From Sphagnum compactum (Eukaryota), in the NCBI GenBank assembly GCA_965153455.1, contig OZ234494.1, positions 1,426,001 through 1,490,000 on the forward strand: a stretch of 64,000 nt of DNA. Direction: 5' to 3'. A program made the position numbers and the translations under genes. The number at the start of each line of letters is the position of its first letter. The first letter of the stretch is position 1. Positions 1-12,003 of this stretch are shown piece by piece. The notes under the pieces are model-generated. The model saw only the letters and a program-made list of their open reading frames with translations, was not told the origin of the DNA and searched no databases.

Positions 1-193
1 GTCCATGATGTTTTATTGTGAGGGTGCTGGTATGCTCTATCCAGAAATACATTGCTTGCTGTAGCCTTGTGACCACAACACCTATGCCAAGTCTGGATGT
101 AATTGTGGAGAGGGAAAAAGGGATTGACCATGCAGGGAGAGTCACCACCATATAGCTGACAGACTTTGAATGTTGACTGCTTTTGTTTGCCAG

Positions 194-1941
194 ACATATC
201 TACAGTCTCTGACAGTGAGGCTTGAAGAGATGAGAGTGAAGCGTCGTGACACAGAGCAATGGATGAAACATCGACAACTGCCCCATGAGTTAGTGGAGCG
301 TGTGCGACGTTTTGACCAGTACAAGTGGGTGGCAACCCGGGGAGTAGATGAGGAGGTCCTAGTGCAGAGCCTACCATTGGATCTTCGGCGTGACATCAAA
401 CGCCATCTTTGTCTGGATCTTGTCCGACGGGTAAGGCCATTTGTGTTTTTTTAGGTTGTTGACTGTGATGTACACATCAGTGCATCAAACTGTAGAGTAT
501 GTCTGCAGGGGAGTGTAGTTATGTAACAGTTTGCTGAGTAGTGTTCTAAAGACGGTGCTCCATATCAACAGTTAGGTCTATGGGCTCTCCACTACTGTTA
601 TTTCCAAAAAGTTTGTCCCTCAGATGGTGAGTTGAATCACTTACTCAATGACAGAGGTGGTTCTCTCAATCAGGTCTTCTTACAACACAGAGATTGAGGG
701 TTTTCCAATTTTAAGTGGGGATGTTTTTTAAAGCCTATGTACATCAAGAAGTTCACTTGCCTTACCTTCTTCATCCTTTCCTCCTCCATCCTCCTCCATC
801 CTCCTAGTCAGAAAGGATTTGTTATAACACCTTCCTCCAAGTCAGAAGTTGTTCCTTCTTGTCATTTGTATGTCACATCTCTTTGTCATGCTTCTTTCAT
901 TCTTGTCAATTTCAACTGCTCATTATAAGGTCATCTCAGCTTTACTAGTTTGGTTTCCTCAATTTGGTAGCATTTTTGATACTCATGGGGCTGTATTTTG
1001 CCTTCTCTTGTGTGTCCGTGTTCAGGTTCCCTTGTTTGATCAAATGGATGACAGTCTCCTAGATGCTATGTGTGAGCGGTTGAAGCCTGCTCTGAACACG
1101 CAGGGTACCTACATAGTCCGTGAGGGAGATCCAGTGAATGAAATGCTGTTCATCATCCGGGGCCGCTTGGAGAGTGTGACAACCAATGGTGGTCGCACTG
1201 GCTTTTTCAACTCTGGGATCCTTGGACCAGGAGATTTCTGTGGAGAAGAGCTGCTTACATGGGCTCTGGATCCCAAACCTAGCAACAATCTTCCTATCTC
1301 TACCCGTACTGTAGAGGCATTGGTGGAGGTGGAAGCCTTTGCCCTGTTTGCTGAGGATCTCAAGTTTGTGGCCAGTCAGTTCCGGCGCCTGCATAGCAAG
1401 CAATTGCAACATACATTCAGGTTTCTGCTTTTGTTTTCTCTGTTTTTGGTGTTCTGTGAAAATTTCACATTCCCTTGTCTAAGATAACAGCAGTGTCTGG
1501 TGTGAAAATCATTTGCAATCAAAACATTGAGTTCCCTGAGTTGGAGCACCCTGTGATTCATCATTCTTTATTTCCCATATGAAAGATGAGAGCTTCCATA
1601 TCATTCTTTCATCAAGATTGGTTGCTTTCTATTCCTGCAGGTACTATTCACATCAGTGGCGCACATGGGCAGCCTGCTTTGTCCAGGCAGCATGGCGACG
1701 TTACTGCAGACGCAAGATTGCAGAGATGCGGCGCAAGGAAGAAGACCTCAGTCTGCAGGAAGCAATGGCTGCGTCTGATGCATTGCTTACCAAGCCAAGC
1801 CTTGGAGCCACATTACTGGCGTCTCGTTTTGCCACAAATGCAATGCGAGGAGTTCGAAGGTTACGAACCATGCATGCGGCAGAGATGATCCGCATATCCA
1901 ACATTCCTAAGCCCACTGAGCCTGACTTTTCACTTGAGTAG
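194..1941 (+). CDS. CNGC: Cyclic nucleotide-gated ion channel, last three coding exons (gene starts upstream of the window)
   Basis: Exons 194-430, 1026-1420 and 1641-1941 have GT-AG boundaries and splice in frame. They encode the C-linker (TYLQSLTVRLEEMRVKRRDTEQWM), CNBD (GDPVNEMLFIIRG...GDFCGEELLTWAL) and IQ motif (FVQAAWRRYCRRK). Stop is TAG at 1939-1941. Confidence 0.95.
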
Positions 1942-4103
1942 GTGGGATCTTGGTGAAGTTAGGGTTTGTATCATAGCAAGGTCTAACAACAATGTGCAAA
2001 ACCAACCCATAGACACTCAGTGATCAGAGTTGTCCTTGCCCATCAGTATTGATGAGTTGTTCAGTAAGTATGGGTAAAGACATGAAAAAGAGTAAAGGAC
2101 ACAAGGATGCAAGTTCCCTTCTGTTAAAATATGGAACTGATCCAGGATATTACACAGTGAGACTGTGCATCCTGTTGAGGCCCTGGGGATATATTTTAGA
2201 CTGGAGAAAACTGAGCATCATGTCAGGAACTTGTTCTACAGAAGCACTGGACGGAGCTAGGAACTCAGGAAGTCAGTGCTGGAATATTGACCCTGACTGT
2301 TGAAAATTATGTTACGAAGGCCAAAGATACTTTTTACCAGGTATTTCTTGCCCTGCAGACTTTAACCTACTTCAGATTTTTAAGGTATGGATGCATATGT
2401 CTGGTAGGACATTCGTAACATAATATTGATTAGTGCTAGTCTTCATTTCCTCATGGATTTCTTAATTGAGTTCAACTAAGGTGTTCACATTTCTTTTATT
2501 GTGGTTGGTTAATAAAGGAGAGTTAGTGTTCAACTAACTGTGCTTCATGCAATGAACTAATATTTCCAAGAGGACATGTCTGCCCACAAATGCAGACTGC
2601 TTCACATTGTTACTACTTGAAGATGGCAGTCAAGGGGTGTGAGTGTCCTGCCTGTTCTGTTGCATTCCTTTATATGGAAATTATCTTCTAACTTTGATCA
2701 TATTTAATGCAAATTTACTAGTCCATACACTTTATGACTACTACTTGAAGAAGGTGAAATGTTGACAAATAGAGTCCACTAGTCGGGTAATTTTTAGCTA
2801 TAGACCTGTGCTTATAGTAATCTTGCTACACTGACTGTTGCCTGCATGGCAAGGCTTCAATTTGTGCGACCTCATCCTTCCTGAAAGGACCTGCACACTG
2901 ACAGGACTGTGGCTTTAATCTGTATGCTGGAGTGTGCAAACTGACAGGGGCGTGGCTTCAATCTGCGTGACCTCATCATTGCTGAAAGGGACAATGCACA
3001 CTGATAGGGCTGTCTCAGTGATGACTGATGGTACATCCCACTCACCCACACCTAAAATCTGCTTTGGTCATTTGTTGAGCAGTTCTGAAATATTCCTTCT
3101 CCCAAATGCTTCAAAACTTAATTCAAACACTGATATCAGTTTTTTGTTGATATCTACTAGCATTCACTGTGCCAACAATGACTGCACATGAAGAATCTGT
3201 TTCTTCAAAACCTAAGCCTTCTGTGCAGAGTTTGGGTGTACAAACCGGGTGCAACCACCATTGGGTGGTATGTGCAGATCTATCTATGAAGGAGGGTAGT
3301 TTGTTTTGTTTTGTAGTTTTGAGATCCACCGAACCGGGATGCTTCAGATCATGTTCATGGTGTCTTTGGAAAGCTCTCGACGAGGAGGGGTGAATGGGCT
3401 TGGTTCAATGACGATTGGACTTGCGGTGCAAAAGTTCTTGAGTATTGAATGATTTCTTCACTGAAAATTAAATTAAATCATAGCTGAAACATAGCTCCCA
3501 ATGTTAGAGTTATGATTATGGTGGACTGAAGATGGAGGCTACTTGGTTTGGATACATTTTATCTCCAGATGTGGGACATTTGGCTTAGGGTTTTGCTAAT
3601 TTTTCCTTTAGGGTTTTACATATACTATTTGACCTACAGTTGCATTGTCAAAAGTTGTCTTGAAAAATATGGGAAGTTTGCCTTTCAAAAGCAGGACATC
3701 AGGTTTAGGTCCTAAAGATTCAGTGCATCAAAATATCACAAAATTTATTGGATCTATAGTTTATAACCAGCCGGGGAGATTAAGCAAAATCTGCACATCC
3801 CATATATGATCAAATAGTAATTATGGGAATTCATTATCTTAGTAGTAATAATGAGAAATGTAATGAAGGTTTTGAGGTGGATATTTAAGTGTCTGCTTTT
3901 TTATGTCAATTTTTTCAAGTAACAAATATTAGCAATATTGGAATTTTGTCCAGAAATCATATTCATTTTATGCAGACGGTGGTTTTTTGTCCAACATTTT
4001 GTAGCTAATCCAAATACTCAATTTTAAGCTAGTTGGCTGGTTCCCTTTATAATGAGTTTTGGAATTGTCAGTCAGTACAAGTCTAAGGCATTGTACAGCA
4101 TTA

Positions 4104-4715
4104 GGGTAGAACTGCCCATCACCAATCACTACCCTATCACTGAACACTTCTTTAGATCTTCCTCATCTGTGCTTCATTTTGAGTGATTTAAAATGCTATG
4201 GGAGCGTTACCTCAAGCTCTAGAAACCATGTTTGAAGTGCAAAGGAAAAAGAATAATGAAAAAATAACAAGAAAAAAAAAAGCTTTTTAACTCACAAAAC
4301 TTGTTTTTTTTTTTTTCCTTCTCTTTAGACCCCTCCTATTTTCAAAGGTTTCTAACTTTCTCATTTTTTGTTCATTTTAAACAATTTAAAGTGCTATAGG
4401 AGTTCCACCTTCAGTTCTACAAATTATCCTTGTACTTTAATAGCAACAGATCAACATACAAGGAATGTTTTGGATGTTTGGGAACTGGCTTTGTAACGTT
4501 TCGATGGTTTAGTGGTTTATGTCTTTTGAGTTCTTGACCCCCTCTACTTTGGGGGGCAGTAACTTTTTCAATTCTATTTTGCTTTTTGTGTTTTAAGTGT
4601 GTCAGATGCATCAATAGGAGTTGAAATTTTGTTTGGACACCAGAAATAACAGAGTCTTCCCTTGGATGCAGCCTGCCCTGAGCGCTTAAGTGTTCGCTCA
4701 CCAGCCATTCGACTC
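4104..4715. mobile_element. ~610 bp MITE-like element with degenerate TIRs and TA flanks
   Basis: Left end TA|GGGTAGAACTGCCCATCACCAATCACT; right end reverse-complemented TA|GAGTCGAATGGCTGGTGAGCGAACACT. The body is homologous to ~34460-34975, and the ends resemble the termini at 45179 and 51799. Confidence 0.55.
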
Positions 4716-5544
4716 TATATCATAAATACTTTCCTTTCAATTTTATTCATCTGTTTTTCCTGATCGAACTTGTCCCTGATATTAGTGCAGTTTTTTTCCA
4801 CCAATTTCACCTTTCCAGTTTTCCCAGTTTGTTCACAATAGTTCAGATGTTAGTGCATTTTCTTTCCACCAGTTATACCATCCCAGTTCAGTTGTCAGTG
4901 TTCGATTTAAGAGCATTGTAGTTTGGTTAGGGTAGAGAAAATTTGCCTTATGGATTTGATTGCAATTTCTTGCTGTTTTATGCTTTTCAATGAAAATACT
5001 GTTCTGTGAAATGAAACATCTGTGTTTTGTACATTATAATAAGCAAATCTTCACAATCATAAATTCATTTGATTGTAATACTTAGTATGTGGTAGATTTT
5101 TTATCAACAACTTTATGTGTGTAGAATTTAAAAGTTCAAGTGATGGTTGTGTACTTCTCTTCTTCAATTTCAGTTCTTTTCCTTCGGACATAATTTTTAA
5201 TTGGTTTGGTAACACAAACAAACAACAAAAACAACTATTTAATACAAAATTCTTCAAAAGAAAAATCTTCCAATTTCAATGAAACATATGTAATGAAATG
5301 ACAGATTTTTCTAACACATTACCCACATTGTGATATCTACATTATCTTTCTCCCTTCTGAATATCTTTCAATAGCAAAAAACGTTCAAAGTTCTAGATTA
5401 CCATTAAAAGTCTCTCCAGTGAAAGAAGGAACCACAATGGTCAAAAAACCTTATCAAAGGTCAGACTGCATTCAGGTAGTTAGTGAATGAATGAACACCA
5501 AAACTTTTTCCCCAAAGGCTACATAGCTCTTCCAACTGCAATTT

Positions 5545-8500
5545 TTAGTCCACCTCCTCCATGCGGCTACCTTCATCTACATCCTCTTCTAGAGTGGGCA
5601 TATCACCTTCATCATCCACAACAGCTGAAGGATCCTCATCAATACTTAAACCCAGCTTAATCATGCGATGGATTCGTGTGCCGAAGGTATTTGGATCATC
5701 CAGACTGAAGCCAGATGTCAACATTGCTGCATTCATCATAACAGCGTGTTATTAGAACTCACAGAACAGGAAGGTGAAGTGAAATTAGACAGACACTGCT
5801 TCTCCCCAATTGGATTGAAAAAACCCACATTTATAGGTGGGACAAACTGCTGTAATTAATAAATGTGCAAACAAAGAAGCTTACTATTGGTGTAGACTTA
5901 AAACAACAAAAGTATGCGGTACATACCAGTTTCAAATAGCAGTAAGACAAGATCCTTGACTGTTTTGTCTGACTTGTCTACATCAACACGCTTGCGCAAC
6001 TCAATCATAACTGAGTTCTCTGGGTTGATTTCAAGAGTCTTCTTGCTGCTCATGTAACTGCCCATGCTTGTGTCTCGGAGTGCTTGTGCCTTCATGATAC
6101 GCTCCATGTTGGCACTCCAGCCATATCTGCATCATGTTGATTCAGCAGAAACTGTAAGTCCACTTTTTCAATCCAGTTTCTACAAAAATTATGATAGCTG
6201 CTATCAGGGAATCAGATATAAGTTCCACATGATTTCATATAGGTTTGAGATGTAGTTTCGCAAAAAATTGAAGACTTGTTACAGTGAAGGAATAAGCTAA
6301 ATCAAAATGAAGGGACAGAAACTCACTCGCCAGTCACCAAGACACAAGGTGAATCCACAATGCGGTCAGATACCTGCACCTTCTCCACCTTGTCCCCAAG
6401 AATTTCCTGCTCATCCAGGGCTCACTGTTAGTTATCAGGGACGTACTAACAGCAAAAGAAACCTAAGTGAAAATTTAAAAGTACACAACTTACCACGTGT
6501 AAAGAAACAACATTAAATAACTATATTATACTACTTATACAGACCTTTATGACTTTGCAAAGGGGTTCAAACTGGGCTTTGATCTCCTCTTTCTTCTTTT
6601 TCTCATCCTCAGTCTCATCCAATTTCAGCCCTTCCTTTGTTGCGGAAACCAGCTTTTTCCCATCATACTCCTTCAATTGTTGCACTGCATATTCAAAGCA
6701 GGGCAGAGCATGAAAATGCATTTTACACATCACCATAAATTGTAGCCCCCAAAGGCTTCAAGCAGAAATAGATAACTCCTCACAGAAGCCCAATAGAGAT
6801 GTAAACACTACATGTCCTACTTGCAAGGGGAGAACAGGCAAAAAAATCTACCTGCATACTCATCAATAGGATCCACCATAAAGAGGACTTCAAGACCACG
6901 CTTCTTGAGCTTCTCCAAGAATGGAGAGTTCTCAACAGCTTTGCGAGATTCGCCAGTTATGTAATAGATGTCCTTTTGTCCATCTTTCATGCGTGTCACA
7001 TAATCCTTGAGAGAAGTCATCTCTTCTCCTGACTTGGTGGATTGGTACCTCAACAAATCTGCAGAGAAACAAGATCAAACAATCAGGAAACCACAGAAAA
7101 ACAAGCATCAACATTTCCAATGAGAAACAAATGGAAATTAGTGCAGAGCTGAGATTGCAAGACAATACCAGCAAGCTTTGCACGATTTTGGGAATCCTCA
7201 TGGATGCCAAGCTTCAAGTTCTTTCCAAAGGCCTCATAAAACTTGGCATAATCTTCCTTGTTCTCTGCAATCTCATTGAACAGCTCTATGCACTTTTTCA
7301 CAATGTTCTTTCGGATAACCTGCAATTTCACAAAAAGTACTGTGAAACTTCATTCTAGAACCCACAAGCTTGGACAGATAAATCATTGCACATCCATAGC
7401 ACATACTGCACAAGACAGGCTGATAAACTCAGAAAGGCTGCTGAATTAGATTGAAAATTAGTCGATTTGAGTCTACAGTAGCATATGTACAACGCATCCT
7501 CCATCACAAAATGGTCACACAACCAAGAAGTAAAATACAGTGAGAAACACACCTTCAGAATCTTGTTTTGCTGAAGCATTTCTCGTGAAATGTTTAAGGG
7601 GAGATCCTCAGAATCCACAATGCCCTTCACAAAACCTAGGTATTCAGGGATAATCTCCTCACAGTTGTCCATGATAAATACACGGCGCACGTACAGCTTA
7701 ATGTTGTTTTGCTTTTTACGCCCATCAAACATGTCAAAGGGAGCCCTCTTAGGAACAAACAACACGGACTTGAACTCCAGCTGAAAGGCCAACAGCACAC
7801 CTGTCAGAATTCTATCCGAAACTTGCCTTGCAAAGCAGTACACTTCTGAGCACAGATAGCTTCACCTAGAGGCAGGATGCCTTCACATTACCTGACCCTC
7901 CACTGAGAAATGCTTCACAGCCAAATGCTCCTCCCAATCGTTGGTCAAACTCTTGTAGAATGCAGCATACTCCTCTTTGGTGATCTGGTCTGGTGCCCGC
8001 ATCCAGATTGGTTTTTGCTTATTTATTAGTGCCCATTCATGCGATACTTCCTTCACCTGCACAGGCAGCAACAGGGTAAAAACTGTAAGCAGAGGTGAAG
8101 ACACTCATTCAAGTAGAAGTCTGTTTAATGTTTTGACAATAAAGTCTGTTTAATGTTTTGACAATAACATTTGATTTCATAGGCAATGACCCAGATTTGA
8201 GCAAAGCAATCCGTCAGACAAGCACCTTCTTCTTCTTCTTTGCTTTATCTTTCTCATCATCATCCTTGATCTCTTCAATTTTTCCCTCCTCCTCATCCTT
8301 GTCCTCTTTGTCCTCATCCTCATCATCTGATACCTCCTTCTCAGTTGTCTTCTCAGTCCATAGAGAAATAGGATAACTGATGAACTCTGAGTGTTTTTTC
8401 ACCAAATCCTTCAGCTTCCTTTCCTCCAGGTACTCCAGCTGGTCTTCTTTGAGTTGCAAAAGAATCTTTGTGCCCCGGCCCAAGTCCTCACCTGCAGGTA

Positions 8501-10039
8501 TGCCACACTCACTTGAACACTCACTCACTGTCCTAAATAACAGAGTTTGCCATGCCAGATAGAGGAGACAAATGAGAGGTGAAAAAATGTGCTGGAAGAT
8601 GTTCAACCAACATCCAACTCTGCACAATTACATGAGACATTTTATAGCTCTAACAACCATTCACCAATTGCCAGGTACAATAAGATGAACAGCCAAAATG
8701 CATTCACGAGACAAACAGAACATACTACAATAATGCCAACACCCTTACATCCTTGACCTACAGGCAAGAAATTTGACAATGCATTTGAGTTTCATCTGGA
8801 CAGTATAAGCAATACTGGCATTGGGTTGCAAGTGTTTCTCATCACAATGGGAGAGTGCCACCAATGTGATGAAGAGTTGAGATCACATACCAGTATCTCT
8901 TCGGACCGTGAAGGAGCCTCCAGCCTGAGACTCCCAAACATACTGCTCATCATCATTATGTTTAGTTGTGACAACAACTTTGTCAGCAACCAAATAAGCA
9001 GAGTAGAACCCCACACCAAACTGCCCAATCATGCTGATATCAGCTCCAGCAGAGAGCGCCTCCATGAAGGACTTGGTTCCCGACCTTGCAATTGTTCCAA
9101 GGTTATTCACCAGGTCTGACGCACACAGGGAGCCAAGGTAAGCCATCATGATGAGAGGAAAAGCACAACCACAGCACAGTGACATCTGATGGTTTAAGAT
9201 AAAGCACCAGCTAATATGACTTGATCGGTCACAATGAAATCCACTTGTGCCACTAATTTACAGACTCTCAAACCCTTGCTGTTCAGTTCAATAATGTTTA
9301 CCAGCCTTAGTCATTCCAATTCCTGAATCAATAATCGAAATTGTGTTGTTGGTTTTGTCGGGCACAATGTGAATAAAAAGCTCCGGCTGACTCTCTAGCT
9401 TGCTCTTATCGGTTAGACCTTCAAAGCGAATCTTGTCCAATGCCTGCACAACATAACACAGAACAATTTAGTAGAGGCTACATGCGTCCAGCAGTCTCAA
9501 GTGGAGATAATGGAAGGGAGTAAGGGGAAGCCAAAAAACCACGCACAAAAGCTTCCAGGGAGTCTCTTCAGAACCGTATTCATCAAACGAGTATGTAGCA
9601 CGTAAGATGTCGAAACAAGAAGAGCTCTGAAAATTTTGGAGTTGATCGGAGTAGGGATAGCACTCCGGCAGAGAGCATTGTGGTGGCACAGCATACGAAG
9701 AAGAAGAGTCTTATCGCACAAAGAAGGCGCAACGAGAGAGACATAGCTTACCGTTTTACTGACTTTCTCTCATTACAACAACGGCTTTCATCGCGTAATT
9801 CTACTACTGTACGCAACAAAGTGTGCAAGAGATGTGGCGAGACTTACATCGGAGGCGTTGGAAATAAGCTCCCGAAGAAAGATCTCCTTATTGCTGTAGA
9901 ACGTGTTGATGATAAGACTAAGGAGCTGATTAATCTCAGCCTGGAAAGCGAAAGTCTCCACCTCTCCTCCCTGCTGCGGCTCTTCCACTATCATCTCACT
10001 TCCCTGCTGTTGCTGCTCATCCTCAGAGACGATCGCCAT
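5545..10039 (-). CDS. HSP90: Cytosolic heat shock protein 90, 12 exons, ~725 aa
   Basis: Exons (minus strand): 10039-9848, 9443-9302, 9115-8891, 8491-8226, 8056-7892, 7780-7553, 7319-7169, 7058-6852, 6684-6545, 6406-6327, 6126-5927, 5726-5545. All GT-AG and phase-compatible, 2178 nt in total. Motifs: [50 protein letters not shown]-terminal MEEVD. Confidence 0.96.
8117..8166. repeat. Perfect 25-bp tandem duplication in an HSP90 intron
   Basis: AAGTCTGTTTAATGTTTTGACAATA x2. Confidence 0.9.
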
Positions 10040-10753
10040 CGCTTCCAACCCCTCAAACACGAGGACGTAACCAAAACAGATTACCCGAAATCGGACCAAA
10101 TGTGGACTAAATTCAACAAAGTCACAAACAAAAAGTGCGCAAGAAAACCACCTACGATACTCTAGAGATAGAGGAGCACAATACGCACAAGATGATGAAG
10201 ATAAAAGCACAATAACAACGAGCACAGATCCAGCAAGCAGCGAAAGCAGAGCACGAATCGCGCGAGCGAGAGAGTCGACACAGAGCTCAGGAGGGGGGCC
10301 TTTGAAGGGAGGCGCTCTGGAACGGGAACGACCTAGGCCCAGCTCTAGCCGTCCGATTCATCGGAATAGCAGAATCCTGACCGTTCACAGCTTCCCTGTC
10401 CAAGGAGGTAGCATGGTAAAGACGGACGCACCGCTTCTAGTAGTTTCCATCAATTTCGCACCGTCCGATCACATAACTGCTCATATCGAACGGCCTCTAA
10501 ATCGCAGAAAACTCCCAGAAACTCGGCCAATTTTTAGTAATTCCCCGAATCAATCTTACACGTTCCCCAACCACATTGCGTACGTTCCCTAATCATGTGT
10601 CCTACGTTCCCAGAGCACGTTTCCTTACGCTCTACTGACTTTCTCCAAGTTCAAAAACGTTCACAGTGAGTTCTCTGCGTTCCATTTCTATGATTGCTTT
10701 GTGCTACTGGTGGGGAACAGGGCACCATTCTCTTTGTTCTCGATCCAATCCTA

Positions 10754-10797
10754 GTTCTAGAAAGTTCCCGCCCACTTCCCACCCTCTAGAATGTTCC
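10754..10797. promoter_or_regulatory. Heat-shock elements upstream of HSP90
   Basis: gTTCtaGAAagTTCc (10754-10768) is a perfect 3-unit HSE; cCTCtaGAAtgTTCc (10783-10797) has one mismatch. A further imperfect TTCtaGTAgtTTC lies near 10435. Confidence 0.75.
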
Positions 10798-10974
10798 CCG
10801 ACACCCTTGTTCCTGTTCCCGTCAAAAAGGGGAACATCTTCTTCAAAAACAAACAATCAGCAAATTTTAACTTTTAACCCTTTTTTAAAAAAAGTTACCA
10901 GTTCCATGTAAACTCTTCTCTGCTATTCTCTTTTCTTTTCTTGAATTGAATTATGAAATTTGATACCATGGATG

Positions 10975-12003
10975 AAACAAAAACCTAAAACAAAAAATTC
11001 ATGATGGAAGTATATACCCAAATGGATGAAACATGGTTCATGTATGAAATTGACCACAAAGATGTAAGAAATTGGTCATATGGGTCAAATTATTCCTATG
11101 GATGAACTTTGATAACATGGATGAAATTGAACTTGAAATTGATTAAAAAGGTAAAATTAACACACATGAATGAAATTGATGGCACACATAAAACATACCA
11201 CATGGATGAAATTGAACTTGAAATTGATTAAAAAGGTAAAATTAACACACATGAATGAAATTGATGGCACACATAAAACATACCACATGGATGAAATTGA
11301 TGCACAAAGGAACCATACCATGCATGGATGAAATTGCACATGGAAGAAGATGATGAACAAAATTATACAAATGTTGTCCAAGTAAGTGGATTAAGTGGAC
11401 AACTGGGAAAATGAAATATTATCCCATGGATGAAATTAACCAATTGATGATATTAAAAAATATGGATGAAATTATAATCATTGATAAAAATGATCATTGA
11501 ATTTCCATCTAATGTAAGGGCCAATAACATAAAACAAAAACCTAAAACAAAAATTCATGATGAAGTATATACCCAAATGGATGAAACATGGTTCATGTAT
11601 GAAATTGACCACAAAGATGTAAATTGGTCATATGGGTGAAATTATTCCTATGGATGAACTTTGATAACATGGATGAAATTGAACTTGAAATTGATTTAAA
11701 AGGTAAAAAATAACACACATGAATGAAATTGATGACACACATAAAACATACCACATGGATGAAATTGATGCACAAAGGAACCATACCCATGCATGGATGA
11801 AATTGCACATGGAAGAAGATGATGAACAAAATTATACAAATGTTGTCCAAGTAAGTGGATTTTGAAGTGGACAATTGGGATAATGAAATATTATCCCATG
11901 GATGAAATTAACTAATTGATGATATTAAAAAATATGGATGAAATTATAATCATTGATAAAGATGATCATTGAATTTCCGTCTAATGTAAGGGCCAATAAC
12001 ATA
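10975..12003. repeat. Tandem duplication (557 + 472 bp) of an ATGGATGAAATT-rich repeat
   Basis: 10975-11531 and 11532-12003 are near-identical. The first copy carries an extra internal 85-bp duplication (~11116-11285). Confidence 0.9.

Noticed and set aside
9680-10165. 161-aa + strand ORF and other ORFs antisense to HSP90 and CNGC
   Set aside because: These are shadows of real exons on the opposite strand, with no independent support.
11157-11874. Hydrophobic minus-strand ORFs (FIHV repeats)
   Set aside because: They are translations of the ATGGATGAA repeat.
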